Assembly (NCBI RefSeq): GCF_009914755.1
Contig: NC_060937.1
Direction: 5' to 3' (one strand)
From: the human T2T-CHM13v2.0 reference genome, Homo sapiens
Length of the DNA: 64,000 nucleotides
Below, one piece after another: positions 1 through 14,668 of the stretch. The first letter of the stretch is position 1. Every line of letters begins with the position of its first letter. The notes under the pieces are model-generated. The model saw only the letters and a list, made by a program, of their open reading frames with translations. It made no database searches and was not told the origin of the DNA. A program made the translations under genes and the position numbers.

Positions 1-1789
1 TTTGATAGGCCTAATAGGAAGCTGGTTTTTCCCTTTGTGAATTAAAAATTTCTCAATTTTTCATGTTGGAATAGACACACAAGGATAATGCTGAATCGAT
101 GTACTTTTTAAAGAATATAACGAACTGTATGACGTTACGGATTTTTATGACATTTGTAGAATGGTTTCATATTTTTAAGATAAATAGCCTAACAAGGTGC
201 ACTAAACCTCCCTTTGTTTCACATCAAATATGAGGGAAGAAAGCACAGCCAGACATAGCCATGATGGAGAGAAGAATCAAAGCACTTTTAACAATGTGAA
301 TTCCAGATTCACAAAGACCCAACAGAAGACTTTGTGGAAAAGCTGAAAGCCTGTGTTCGTTCACCTTTGCTTTTATAAGTCTCTGAGGAGATCTGTCTTG
401 GATTGATTGAGTTTCAGAAAGCCCAGTGTGCTCGTGAGTGTTGTAAAACCAGATCCTCCCTGTCTCTTAGGATGTAACATATCCCTAAACCTTTGCTTGT
501 GGTACTAGAGCCAAAGACAATTATTCAGAATCCTTCCGGGCTTCTGAAGGAAAAGGCTAGAGATAGATGACAAATAGCATGCTGCTGAAGTACAAATGTT
601 GATGAACTGATAATGACTGAGACACCATGTCAAGAAGACTTCTTCAGTTCATTCTTCCCACAGCTGGAAAACATGCAGTTACCAATTAGGCATCATTTGT
701 GTTGTTTATTTGCCAATTCTGAGCTATATTATTCTGAAACCTCAAATTTCTTAGAGGCCTTAATGGTTGTATGGGCTGTATCATAAAAGCGTAGCCATGT
801 ATAACATAATGTAAGGAAAACCAAAATTTTTCTCACTACTAAATTTCAATCATTCGGTAGTTCCACCATTTATGGTTTCATTAATTAGAAATATAAAGCT
901 TCTATTATTATGTGATACTACCTAAGATGGTCAACATAGGAAGCACTGGAATTATTTTGATACTAAATTTGCTTTTCATATAATTTAGGCATCCTCTTAG
1001 CAGAATTCACTGGTAACAAGTCCATAAACTGCTTACTCTATATGCTATTCCACAGAGGGGTAAGATGAATGCAAAGTGTTCACTACAGATGAGAGCTGGG
1101 GAGCAATATGGGAAGAAGGGGATAACGTAAGGGAAGACCAACTGAAGATAATCTCTGGGATAAGCCACAAGAAACCTCCCCTCAAGTTTACCTCAAATAC
1201 TTGGACTGACATCAATAGAACTCCACATTCTCTGGAAATCTTTTATCTCTCAAATAATCGATTGGGTTTTTATGCTATTTGATCACAATTTCCCACCATT
1301 GCGACTCCATATATCTCTAACACGTTTGTTCTTTTATCTCACTTGGACTTTGTTCTTTTGATCCCTAATCTGTCTCACTCTCACGTCTCTTTTCTTATTC
1401 TCCCTCCTTTTTCTATCTAATAATTATCACTTAAATGACTCAAGTTGCTAACATACTCAAATAATTTGCCCTTTTGCTCTTCCACTTCATTCATCTAGCA
1501 AAACCGCCCCTCTGGATTGAAATAACTGTTATTAATGATACAGTAAATAGCGGAGCAAGGGAAGTTCACAAGCAATGAAAACTTATAGTTTTTATGTCTC
1601 TGATTACATTTGGGATCCCAGCCTTGCCCTGCATTAACTCCTCCAATCTCTTAACTTTTAATTTGAGCATCTTTTTTTCCTTCCATCTGTGCCATCCCTT
1701 TCCTCAGAAGGAAATTTTTAAAAACACCAGATGAGAACCCACTCAACTTTCTGCCATCAAACCCATAATCGTACCCTTCTCTGAAAATC

Positions 1790-2244
1790 TTATTAGGGTT
1801 TTCTATGTATCTGGATGTTGATTAGTGAAGGAGACATTGGCTGGAAGGGGAATGACGTTGAATTTTCCCGCAGAGCCCATCTCGGCCATGTTACCACAAT
1901 CATGGCTATAGCCCAGTCATGGTGCTGATGCTGGGAACATTTAATTTTTGTTTACAAACCACGTCAGAACCAAAACTATTCTGACAACTTCAATATTCTC
2001 CCCTCTGCAATGTGAGCAGAAGGGAAAGTAAGGGTTGCCATCAGTGGCTTGGGATGTACAAAACTCAACTAGTGGCTTCTTTTACCTGTGCTACACCTTC
2101 CATTACCTTTCACTTCCCAATTCATAACTAAGAATGTAGGGATATTCTTGAAAGGACCTTATCTCCTGGAGCTTCTGGTGGTGTTGAGTCCTTCTTGACT
2201 CCCCAGCTTTCATGAACTCGTTAGTCTGTTAACTGAAATCAACA
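1790..2244. mobile_element. Probable ancient LTR-like element, family unassigned
   Basis: About 450-bp block with higher GC than its flanks, ending ...AACTGAAATCAACA directly against an L1 3' end; LTR-like size and CA terminus; family not recognised. Confidence 0.3.
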
Positions 2245-2797
2245 TTAGTCCTTAAATCATGCATTAGATATCTAAACTTTTTCATCCTACATATCTGCTA
2301 TTTTTTATCCTTTGACCTACATTTGCCCTTTCTCTCTCGTTTCATTCTGTATCTCTGCATAGTTGAGCTTTTTGTGTTCTTATTCCACAGATTAGTGAGA
2401 TCATGCAATGTATTTTTTCTGGCTTATTTTACTTGGCATAATGTCCTCCAGGTCTATCCATTCTGTGGCAAATGCAGGGTCTTCTTTTTAAAGGCTGAAT
2501 AGTTATTCCATTTTATATATATACATACACACACACACACACACACAAACATACCACATTTTCTTTATCCATTCATTTATGGGTAGACACATGTTATTTC
2601 TATATCTTGGCTATTGTAAATAATGCTACAATGAACATGGGAGTGCAGGTATTTTTACAAGGTGGTGATTTTATCTCCTTTGGGTATATATCTAGAAGAA
2701 AAATTGTCAAGTCATATGGGAATTTGATTTTTAATTTCTTAAAGAATTATTGTGAAAAATGGTATGGAGTTTCCTAAATAAAATACAAATTAAATTT
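2245..2797 (-). mobile_element. L1MA-type LINE-1 3' fragment with a short inverted 5' piece (2747-2797)
   Basis: Reverse-strand L1 3'UTR/ORF2-end motifs (ggctgaatagttattcc, cattttctttatccattc, aataatgctacaatgaacatgggagtgcag), followed by plus-strand ggtatggagtttcct. Confidence 0.85.
2515..2548. repeat. (TA)n(CA)n microsatellite inside L1
   Basis: tatatatatacatacacacacacacac. Confidence 0.9.
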
Positions 2798-4111
2798 TAT
2801 TTTTAATTCAGGTTTTATCAGAAAAAAAGTTGGCTTTTGTCTTTACGCTGTTAATCTTCTAAACCATATTGATGGTTTATTTGCATACAAATAACATAAT
2901 TTAATTTATATTTGCTAATATGAAGTTTTTGTTAAAGCCAATTTCTACCATGTAATAGGATAGAGGGTAAATAAGTGCAAAATATGTGCCTGTATGTGGA
3001 AGCTGTTTCTTAGAAAAATTTAAAAATACAGGTTGCTGTAATCTAAATTAATTTTTACTTCTAGAAACAGAAAATGTCCTCTTTACTGATGGATTAATTA
3101 TGCTTTAGTTATTAAAATATTCCTGCATTAAACTTTTTGTAACTCACCTCTAAAATTATTAAATACCTGAAATCAAAATTTATATAAACTAGTCACTAAC
3201 TTATTTAATGGCTTCACACTTGACATGCTTGCCACTTATTTGGATTTCTAACCTAACTAAATTACCTTTCTCTAAGTTAATTCCTAAACTTAATTTTTAA
3301 TGTGACCTGAAAATAAGTTTATGTATTTATAGAAATAAACAAAGTATACTGTATAAATTTGAACATTGATTTTTATGTACTATACATATTTGACCCATTT
3401 TTTTTTCCAAAGTGTCTTTGAAAACTCTGGGAATTTCTTGACATTGGCAATTTTAGCTGCTATTCACTTGGGTTCCTAATTATGTGGCATACAGATTCAC
3501 ATGAATCACAAAGCATCAAAAGGAATGTTTTATTACTATAGCTTCATGTATCAACTGACAAGTATTTGCTGTTAACTAATTCATTTTAAATCCCTGACAA
3601 TAATCCACTGTTCTCATCTTTCCTTGTTATCTGTTTTTAGAAAAGGGCAAAAAGATGAAAGAAAAAAATAGAGGAATAAAACACATTCGTTATTTAAAAC
3701 TATAACATTCAGAGTAAAAAAAATTATTATTTCAAATAATAGAAAAATTACCATTTTAATCATTGAATATTACATATGATGGATTTCTTTCTCTCTGGGT
3801 ATGGGCATGTTATTTTGACTAACTTTACTGAAAGCTTTACTAATTTACTTTAAATTTTGTTTGAAACTGTAGCTCTACTTCTAGTGATCTTCCCATTTAA
3901 TTTCTCTCCGTGAAAACTGGAGCTTATGAGAAAGTCTTCAGTTAGGATAATATTTGTTATATCAGAGACTGGAGGTATTAAAGCAGTAGAAAAAACATAA
4001 AAATCTGAATATGGGAAGAGAGTTTTTGTAAATTCTATTTCTAGTTGTTAAAATAAGTGTTAAATGCAGTACTTTTTGAATGCCTCTAATATTTACATTT
4101 TTTCTGTGATG

Positions 4112-4874
<763 letters not shown>

Positions 4875-6733
4875 AGAGGCCATGTATGTATGTATGTATA
4901 AGCAAGCCATAACAGCAAATATTTTAATAGACAAATTTTCTTTATTTTTTGTGATTTTTAGTAAAAAGTAATTTTTAAAGTATTTCTATATTTTTCATGG
5001 CATCACTATTATAAAAGGAGAAATTAAGAAATGTGAGCTGAGCTATACAAAATATTGAAATTTAATATTTATAAATATAAGTTGATCATTCTTATGACTA
5101 AGATATCTGAATTAAATTTTGTTTAGTACTCAACATATCTAATTGTCTCACTACTTGCTTTATTTGAAATATAATAATTTTGATAAATAGATACTGTATT
5201 TCCTAAAATTTAAAGAATTTATCTAGTAATTGACATATTCCTATAAACAGTTTCAAATTATTTTTCTCTTAATTCATATTTTAACAATTAAATCACTTAG
5301 GACTGGTATGTGTTGGCTTTCCTGATCTCTTTTTGCCTTTAAAATACTTCTGACATCTTATTTGTTCTCTCTACTGGGATTATAACCAAGAACTATCTTT
5401 TGATTATTTTCTAATCAAAATTGACCTTTTTATGTTAGAAAAATATTTTATTATCATTATTATTATTATTTAGATTTCTTTTTTCATTTTACAAATTCAA
5501 TGATTCAGTCTATTCAAGACCTAAGTAACATTTTGGATGAATAAATATGGGGTTCATTACTTTGTTTCAGGCCATGAGAATGCTATAGCTATAATGCATA
5601 GAAGGGTTTAATATAGCCACATTATTGTAACGATCTAGATAATTAGGCATTCTCTAAAATTTGCAGCATTCTTATTTTACTGTTTCAGGTCATGAAAACT
5701 ATTTTTAATTTATAATAATTTTAGAAATATTTTGCATTTTTAAATCTTTAGATATTTTGTTTAGGTGACTGTGCCCTTATCTCCCATTACTTTCAGGTAA
5801 AGATGCATTCATATTTAAAATTGCCAGTTCAAAATACCATGCATGCTATTTTGTTGGCATTGTAAAAGAAGGAATTTAGATTCATATATATATATATGTA
5901 CACATTTCAGTTTACCATTCCATAAGTGCCTAAAGAGAGTACCAGGAGACGACCTTGGAATCTTAGGCATCTAGATAGGGAACGTGAAAAAGAAAATGAG
6001 TTTGAAATTGCAATGGCAAGATTGTGTGCTCTTAGCAATATTCTGAAACACAAAAAAGAAAGACACTTGTGATAAGCAATGAGGCAGATGGAGAAAGATT
6101 TCTGCTTTTATATATATCCAGAAATGGCAGCAGTTTATTAATTCTTGCTTGGGCTTTTAGATGAGTAAAGAGTACTTTAAAACAATATTTTCTTTTCCTA
6201 CTTACAAATTGCTGCTTATAATATAATTAAATAAATTTAAAAATCACTCAAATATAACCTAACAAAGGAGTATTTCTTTTAAATCTTACATATAGAGGGC
6301 AGAACACTCTAAATTACTTTCTGTTATATTTTAAGCACTCCCTAAAGACTTAAATAATAGTTGATTGAGTGTTTTAGATATTAATGATTCATAGAAAACG
6401 TCTGCATTCTTCCCCTTAACAATTAAAATAACAGCATTAATCCTAAATTAAAACATGCTTTAATTTGGTTATTTGCCCCTAATATTTGTCCCTCTGTTTT
6501 TTTAATTTTAAATTGCAAATTATATTTTATGATATGAAATATACAATGATGCTATAAAAATATATCAATATCTATTAAATTTCCATCAAGACACTCACTT
6601 TAATTTCTGTGGAAATACTATGAGAGTTTTTAAATTAGGATTTATCTACCATTTGGGCAGAGAAAAGATATCTAGGCACACATAAATAATGAGTAGTGAA
6701 TCACCGGGGAGTTCCCAAGAAATAGAGTCAGCA

Positions 6734-6945
6734 ATTTTTTTGTTTTGTTCTGTTTTTTGAGACAGGGTCTCACTCTGTTACCCAGGCTAGAGTGCAGTGA
6801 CACAATCACCGGTCACTACAGCCTCAACCTTCCAGGCTCAAACCATCCTCCCACCTCAGACTCCTGAGTAGCTGGGACTATAGTCATATGCCACCACATA
6901 CAGCTAATTTTTTTTAAGAGATGGGATTTCATTATGTGGCCCAGG
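6734..6945 (-). mobile_element. AluJ, 5'-truncated
   Basis: gagacagggtctcactctgttacccaggct...ggctcaaaccatcctcccacctcag (J-type). Confidence 0.9.
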
Positions 6946-7544
6946 ATAACATGGAATCAGAAATTTTAATAATGGTTTGTATTTTCTGTTGTCACAGGCA
7001 TTGCCCTAAATGAATTTGAGTTGTCCCAAGTCAATATGTTTACCTATATAAGAGGATATGTTTGCAATCATAGCTGAGGTCAAGCATTCATTGTACAGCT
7101 TCCCTGTAAATTTTTACTGCTTATTACTGCTAAAATCACTAGCTGGAAAGAGGCAAGAAAATAAAATTTTTACAAAAGTCAGGTCAATTGAGGAGCTCCA
7201 CTGCTAATAGCACCAACTTCAAGCAGATTTGTATATGAGCTTGTCCTGGAGGGAACAGTTTCTAATAAAATCTGACTCTACTTTTAAGTTTTCTACATTA
7301 GGCACTTTGAATGGATCCACACAACAAATTGAACACTAGGCAGCTTCACTGTTTTCTGATATGCAGTTTTGAATATTGTATATTACCCCAATTACACATC
7401 TAGAAGGATATAAAAACATATTGTGTGCACGCTTGGATTAACAATTAATTTAATGACATATGTTTGTGAATATACTTTTCTTTCATTTAACTTTTATGAC
7501 TTAAGAGGAAACAATTCTTTGATAGTGATTTCTATACCACTTTA

Positions 7545-8503
7545 ACATATTACCATAGTTGTTTTTTTTTTGTTGTTTTTTTTTTTGGCCTAAAACAACA
7601 CACTATTATTATCTAACTTCTGTAGGTCAGAAATAGGAATGAAATTCTGCTGGTTTTTTGCACTGGGTCTCAGAGAGCCAAAATCAGTGTCAGTGAAGCT
7701 TTGCTCACCCTTTCTGGAGGCTCTGGGGAATTAACCAGTTTCCAAATTCACTCTGGTTGTTTGGAAGAATTCAGTTTCTGTAACTGAGGTTTTCATTTCT
7801 TTGCTGCCTCTCAGATGTGAGGGTTAATCTTCCCTCCTAGAGGTTAGGGGTATTTCTTCTCATGCTTTGAGGTGCCTGCGACACTCTTAGTAACGGCCCT
7901 TCTCACCCATGGTCTCCAGCAACAGCAAGTGGATTCCCTCTCAGACTTTGAATCTCTCCAACTTCCCTTTTGCTGCCTCTTTATGCCATCTTGTTCTTCA
8001 ACTAGCTGTAGACAATACTCTGCTTGTTTTTTGTTTTTTTTTTTTTCTTTTTTTGAGATGGAGTCTCACTCTGTTGCCCAGGCTGGGCAGTGGCGTGATC
8101 TTGGCTCACTGCAACCTCCACCCCCCGGGTTCAAGCAATTCTCCTGCCTCAGCCTCCTGAGTGGCTGGGATTACAGGCACCTGCCACTGCACCGGGCTAA
8201 TTTTTGTATTTTTATTAGAGATGGGGTTTCACCATCTTGGCCAGGCTGGTCTTGAACTCCTGACCTCATGATCCACCAGCCTCGCCTTCCCAAAATTATC
8301 TGCTTTTAGAGGCTGATTAGATTAGATTAGATTGGGTGATTAGATCAGTGACACCTGGATAATTCAGGTCACCTTTCCCTATTTTAAGGTCCATGACATT
8401 AATTATATCAGCAAAATTCCTTTTACCACATTGGGTAACATTCACAAATTTTCAGGGCAAGAACGTTGTACCTTTTGAAGGGTCTACTATTCTGTCTACC
8501 AGA
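7545..8503 (-). mobile_element. MLT1 (MLT1E-like) MaLR LTR interrupted by an Alu
   Basis: cttctgtaggtcagaa, ctggaggctctgggga, ggaagaattcagtttc; right end reverse-complements to tctggtagacagaatagt (MLT1 start). Confidence 0.75.
8026..8295 (-). mobile_element. AluS, 5'-truncated
   Basis: Poly(T), then gagatggagtctcactctgttgccc...gacctcatgatcc; imperfect TSD aatactctgctt/aattatctgctt. Confidence 0.93.
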
Positions 8504-9973
8504 ACTGCTAATCCACAGGAATTGGTTTACCTTTTCCTTTACCTTAGCATCTGATTTTTTGGGGTCACATTTTTTGAAATATGAACACAACACTTAATGT
8601 TATATAATATAGTTATTGTCAATTGAAGAAATACATTGATTTTTTTCTATCTTAATTACAGAAAAAGTAGCATGATCAATGTTTTACTTAAAAAATATTG
8701 AATCAGAGGTTTTAAAAGTATCTGATATCTACCCAAAGTTATGTTTCTCATTTTAAGAAAATCAGTAAATTGAATATTAAAATAAGAGACAGATTTTCCA
8801 GTCCATTTTTTTTCTGCATTCCCCCCCCGCAACTCCCCAAAAATATACAGGATCTGAAATTCCATGATATCATGTTCATTTTACATCCCCAACAATGAGA
8901 CTTTGTATTGATGCTGGCTGAAATCGATGAATGTGTGACAGAATATTCTTTCCATCCTTAATTAATATTAAATGGGCTTTGCATTTAAATAGTCAGTTTC
9001 TATTTCGCATTCATTTCCTCAAAGAACTTAACATTCTTAGGCAGGAAAAAAAGTGGTAATTTGTACCTTTCAATATGTTCTTTCCCCTCTATGCCTTAAA
9101 CATTATCTGTAGTTCCATTACATGGTATAAGTATTGCAACAAAAAGTGTCTTGACTGTTCATCACTCCAAGCATATTCTTTAGAAATAATATATTTTCAG
9201 TCCTGAAAGTGCTTGCTTACATTTAGTTCATTAAAGTTTATTATTTCCTAAAATGCATGAAGTAAAAAATATATTTCTGTTCATGTTTTAGATTTTCTAT
9301 TAATTTTACTCTGCTGTTCATTTTTTCCCATTTTCATAAACTAAGTAAACATAGTAAACTCTCCATAGTTTTTAAAGCATGAAATTCTTTCTGACATAAG
9401 CAGGAAATTACTTCAGTTTAATGATGAGGCAGAAATCCAACTGATTACAACAGTATCATTTACTGATTTTAACAGTGAGAAATTCTGTGTTGCTATTTTG
9501 GGAATTTAATTTCTTTGCAGTCTGTCCCTTCAGCACCCAGGACATTTCTGGAATGATGGATATTCTATGAGGAAGGCAATGTCAAGCCTACAGACATGCC
9601 TGAACACACTGTGGAAATTTATGGCCTGCTTTCTTGGTGCTAATGTAATGAGCTGCATCATAGTTAAGGTTCAAGAAGAGAAGCTGTCATTTCAGTATCT
9701 TGACATACATCAGTGTTAGAAAAATTAACCATTTTCAAACAGATAAAAGCCATGCGCGTATTTTCCTCTATGTTGTTATATATAAATATAAGTGCAATTA
9801 AACTAATCATGGAAATGAATTATTTTCTAGGACATTTACACTTAAAACTGATGATAAAATGTTTAGGAAAATCAAGATCTAAGGGAGCATTGACATTTTT
9901 TATAACAACTGGATATGGAATTTAAATTTCAATATTTTTATGCAATAAAGTATTAGTAATATCCTAAAGTTTT

Positions 9974-10012
9974 ACATACACACACACACACACACACACA
10001 CATACACACACA
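9974..10012. repeat. (CA)n microsatellite
   Basis: Direct reading. Confidence 0.95.
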
Positions 10013-10817
10013 TTTATTGTCAGACAGAATGAGAAGATTCTGTTTGGAATTATTTTTCTAGAACAGAATAAAGATTTAAGCCAGGAAAACATATTGACAA
10101 GTTATTTAGTGTGCTATATTTTTTAAAGAAATATAGCAAAAGTCTTTTCTATGGAGCTCTCTTTGAAAAGTCTCTCTAATGCTATAATACTTACCATGTT
10201 TAATGCTTTCTAAAGTTAAACATGTGGTGACAAATAAATGTATTCCTTTATCAGCCCAAGTACAAAACTTTTATGTATGTTTCAAGCCAATTGTCATTTT
10301 TTAAATCTCCAGTTAAAAATTTTAATTATCAGTAACAAATGTGGACATGCAATTATATTCCATAGCTGGTATGTTTAAGCAGGTCTAACTCTTTTCACCC
10401 CAAGCTAAGTATCTCAGTTGGTACATCACTGTCTTGAGTTTTTAGTACAAAGTGGGTTTCTGTTAAAAATAACTATAGTTATAACATCAAAAAAAACTTG
10501 AGATAAATAGAAATTTTAGTTCATGATTTTTTCAAGAGTACAAACATAATTCAAATATAATTGCTACTTTAAAATTTCACTCATGTCAGAGTATAAGCAA
10601 TCACAAATACAGAAAACAACAGTTATTTGTTGAACATGTAGTGAAGACTTTGATGAACAGGATTCCTTTCATGTAGTGGGCCACATGAAGAAATTCACAT
10701 TAACATGAAATTTTGACTTTGCATATGGATGCATATTTTTTCACAGCTTTTGAAGTCTACAGGGATTCCATCACTTTCTTCCCAGAATGTTCTCCATGAG
10801 ATAATTGTGTGCCGTTT

Positions 10818-11556
10818 TGAGATGGGAGAGTTCCCTGAACCCCTTTGCTTTTTTGCAACAGGGATGTGGATGGCTTACTCCACCATTATGCTCAAACACT
10901 TTGCAGGAGGGACAGCACACAGATGAGTGGGTGCCGGGGCCGGGGCAAGCGCTTTTGGGCTCTGGCCCCATGGTAGTGTCTAGGGGTGTGTTAGAACTAA
11001 TGCTCTTTTAGCAGTAGCCATATGCAAATGACTTAAGTGTTCACCAGCTCAGTGGTGAGCTGGGTGACAGCGTTTTACACCCTGCCCTCTTGGTACCCTG
11101 GTCCTTGTCTGACATCCAGGAAGAATCAAATCAGATGGACTTGAGGGATGATGAATGTGGAGGTTTTATTGAGTGATGAAGGTGGCTCTCAGTTGGATGA
11201 GGAGCTGGAAAGGGGATGAAGTGGGAAGATAATCATCCCCTGAAGCCAAACCATCTCCAGTTGGCTCCTCTCCAAAGTCATGCCATCTGAAATTAAGCCA
11301 AGTCTATCCACAGTCTCTGACACTCAGTTGCCTCTTCCCCACTCGACATTCAGCCTCTTGGCCCTCTGCCAGCTGAGGTCTGGGGTTTATATGGGCACAG
11401 GATAGAGGGGCAGGGCAGGCCAAAAGCAATATTTGGGTGGGAAAACAGGGATGTGAAATTCTCATTTAGGGCCGTGGGCCCCAGCTTGAGAGCAGAGACC
11501 TCACCAGGGACCCTGCACTCTTCTACCCCACATTTCCTGGCCTCCTGTCTGTATCA
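10818..11556 (-). mobile_element. Solo ERV1 LTR of the LTR27/LTR1 (HUERS-P-related) group
   Basis: TG...CA termini; right end reverse-complements to tgatacagacaggaggccaggaaatgtggggtagaagag; 4-bp TSD gttt/attt (1 mismatch). Confidence 0.85.
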
Positions 11557-13544
11557 ATTTCAATTAAAATCTAATTTAGTTTCCTTCTACTTTCAAAAGC
11601 CACTTTAAAGTATAAGTACAATTTCTTATGTTACTAAGGGAAATCACTATGTGGATGAATACAGTTACATTCACTTAACATTCTAAATGTACAATACATC
11701 TAATCTCCTCAGCCCCTCAGGTTTAAAAAATATATATACAGTTTTCAATGATGAAATTGAACAATTCACTTTGCAGATTAGGTTTTGTTTTAATCTTGTT
11801 GACTGCAACACCTTCCTGCTGGTCACTGTTATTACGTTGTCTATTTATCCCTGTTCTTCACTTCTCTGTATGCCAAACAGAAGCCTAAAGGAAAGGTCTT
11901 TTATGAGTTAACTCTCCTCTGGTAACAGAATATATCAAAAGGAAAACTGGAATCAAGGAGAAAACATTACAAAGATATTGACCATTCATCACCTTAATTG
12001 AAAATACTCCTTTCTAATAAGAAATTGAAAGCTTAGTCTCCCAACAAATTATTTTCAAAAATACAGCTAATTTTTCAGTGACCTAATCAAAATCTTATGT
12101 AGTAAACCTTTCTGCATTGAGCCTATATATATGTGCTATCTGTCCTAGACAAAGTTATGAAGAAGGCAAAAGTCATTTAATGTTAGTCTCCCAGGTTCTG
12201 CTCTTTAAAATTTAGATTCACCAAATATTTGGATTATCATGGATAGAGAGACATACAAACTCTCTAAACACAATATAGTTAACCTGTGCCCTGGTCACTT
12301 AAGCCAATGACTTGAAATTGATTGTTTCAAAAATTCTCTATTATCAGAATTTCTGCCTTAGAACATTGTATGGAAAAGGTCCCTTAGTGACTTAGCTATT
12401 ATTTTTACTATTTTCTGAAAAATACTGCAGAACTCTGAAAGCTAGAAGTTGGCTTTTTGTCAACTTTTAAAAATTCTATTTACAAAACTATGGTAAAGGA
12501 AAATATTTTAGCAGCATGTGACACAGTATGCTTTGCTACACATGACATTTTACTTGAAGATGCAAAGTTCCATGCATATCCTACTAAGTAACAAAAGGAC
12601 CTAGGTCAATTATATATTGCCTTGATTGGTTAAATTTTAGGTAACCAGCTACAGATTTGTTTTAATATTCTCTAGCTTATTTTAGACATCTTATATGGGG
12701 AAATACATGTAAAATAAATAAGTACGTAGACTTTCCTTTAGGATTTATTTTTTATGTTGGAAAATTAGTAAATAAAAATCTCTAAATTAAATATTTTTCA
12801 AGTGGTAAAAGGTCATTTGCTGCCTAATTGGATTTTCTCAAATATGTATATGTATACATATATTTAACATATATATGTATACAGAATTTTGAACAAATTT
12901 ACTATAGAACATTTGAACCTATTTCCTACTGAAGTATTCCAGATTATGAGAAATTCTGTAGATAATTTCAAGAACATCATTTAGAATGAAATACAATGAA
13001 CATTCTCTCATATGAGTGTTCTTAATCTAAGTGTCAGAATGTTATATTACTAATAGAATGTCTAACTTAAGTTTAACTTTTAATATTAAAGAAAGAAATC
13101 ATAAACTTAAAATGTATCAAGACATTGGTCTTCTAATGGATAATGAAGACTATTAGTAGAATAGTTTAGGTCATAAATTTTACTTTCTCTAAACTCTAAA
13201 GACAATGGAGACATTAGTGACAATTTGCTTAAATTAACCTGGTCTTGCTTGCTTTGTTTTGTTCAAGTGAAACATACCATTTTACTGTAAAATATTTGGG
13301 TTAATTTGGTTACTTTTTAAAATTGAGCAATGCTCAACTGCCACTAAAATAAAAAATGTTTTTTGGTATGCCACTATAATCAGAAGTAATCACAGTAAAA
13401 TACCATACTGAGACACATAATTTCCTTCCAAATTTGACAGGAACTTTAAAACTAAGATGAGAGAAGAAACTTTCATGAATAAAGTGCTTCAGATATCTCG
13501 CTGATAGAGCATATTTCAGAAAAGCAGACCAGGAAAGCTTGTTG

Positions 13545-13790
13545 TGCTTAACCTTGATGGATCAAGGACATCATGGAACCAGACTGCTTGGATTCAAGTT
13601 CCAGCTCCATCACAGGCTTACATCAGAGCTTTAGGAAGTTGCTTAACATTTCTGTAGTTCAATTTTCTCATCAGTGAAATATAGATAAATAATAGAAATA
13701 TCTGCCCCATAATCTCATTGTAGGGATTAAATGACAATAAACAGTGGTTAGAACGGTGTCTGACTAGAAGATAAGGTTCTGTAAATTGTT
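13545..13790 (+). mobile_element. MIR SINE
   Basis: agactgcttggattcaagttccagctcc...ttgcttaacatttctg...ttttctcatcagtgaaat...gattaaatga. Confidence 0.75.
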
Positions 13791-14628
13791 ATATGCTTAA
13801 TCTTCCCAAACATCATTTCCTAGATATGACTAAAACTCAAGTCAATTTATTTTATTTTCAGCAAATACAACTAAATATGACTCACTCAGATATCCTTACA
13901 GAAATTTCATAATGGCTCTTACCATTATTTCCATAAGATTCTGCTACTAACAATGAAATTCTTATTGAAATTGAGGAACTAGGAGAACACAAGAGGAGAA
14001 ATCGGCTATTACATGTACTTAGGATCCTTTAGGCAATGAAAATTAATTAATAATAATTCTTATTAACTATAAAAACTGAAAATAATTTTTCAGCTTTAAA
14101 TGTAATAATGCTAAAATTAATGGTAAAATTTATTAAAGGACATGTGTACTATACTGATAAATATAGTTTTAAAGTGGACTTTTATACATGCTTAACTTTA
14201 TTTCATATTTTATTTTATCTTTTTATTCTCTTAGTCTAGAACTCTGAATTAAAAGCCTGAATTAAAGTCAAGTGTTAATAATATCAAATAAGATAAAACC
14301 AACAAAAAGTTAATGCCCTATATAAATGAATATTACTGATAGGGTTGCTAAATTGAAATACCTGTGTAATAATAAAATTTTGCAGTTATATTGTCCTTTC
14401 ATCATCTCATGTGTTTTACAAATTACTTAACTGTCTACGTGGGTGTTACATTATGTCTCACTACAATGGGTTTTCCCTTAAGCAAAACAACAGTTCTGCA
14501 ACAGGACAGTGACCTCATACATAGTTAAATGTAGCAAATTAAAGTTCTTTCCTTCTTTTGAAAATTTCTGGCGAACTTACATGCATAAAATGCCACTATG
14601 AAAATAATATTAGACAAAAAAGAAAATA

Positions 14629-14633
<5 letters not shown>

Positions 14634-14666
<33 letters not shown>
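14634..14666. repeat. (CA)n microsatellite
   Basis: Uninterrupted AC run. Confidence 0.97.

Positions 14667-14668
<2 letters not shown>

Noticed and set aside
307-378. Protein-like peptide IHKDPTEDFVEKLKACVRSPLLL after ttccag
   Set aside because: Only 23 codons, weak polypyrimidine tract, no partner exons; probably chance
7872-8255. 127-aa ORF and similar ORFs containing [15 protein letters not shown]-type peptides (also near 23235, 29529, 29968, 45364, 62866)
   Set aside because: Standard antisense or sense Alu translations
9506-9720. Acceptor-like ttaatttctttgcag followed by GC-richer sequence
   Set aside because: Stops interrupt the frames and there is no convincing donor; an exon cannot be supported without RNA data
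10470-10481. Palindrome TAACTATAGTTA, and other 7-8-bp inverted repeats near 41525 and 42412
   Set aside because: Short inverted repeats like these are expected by chance in 64 kb
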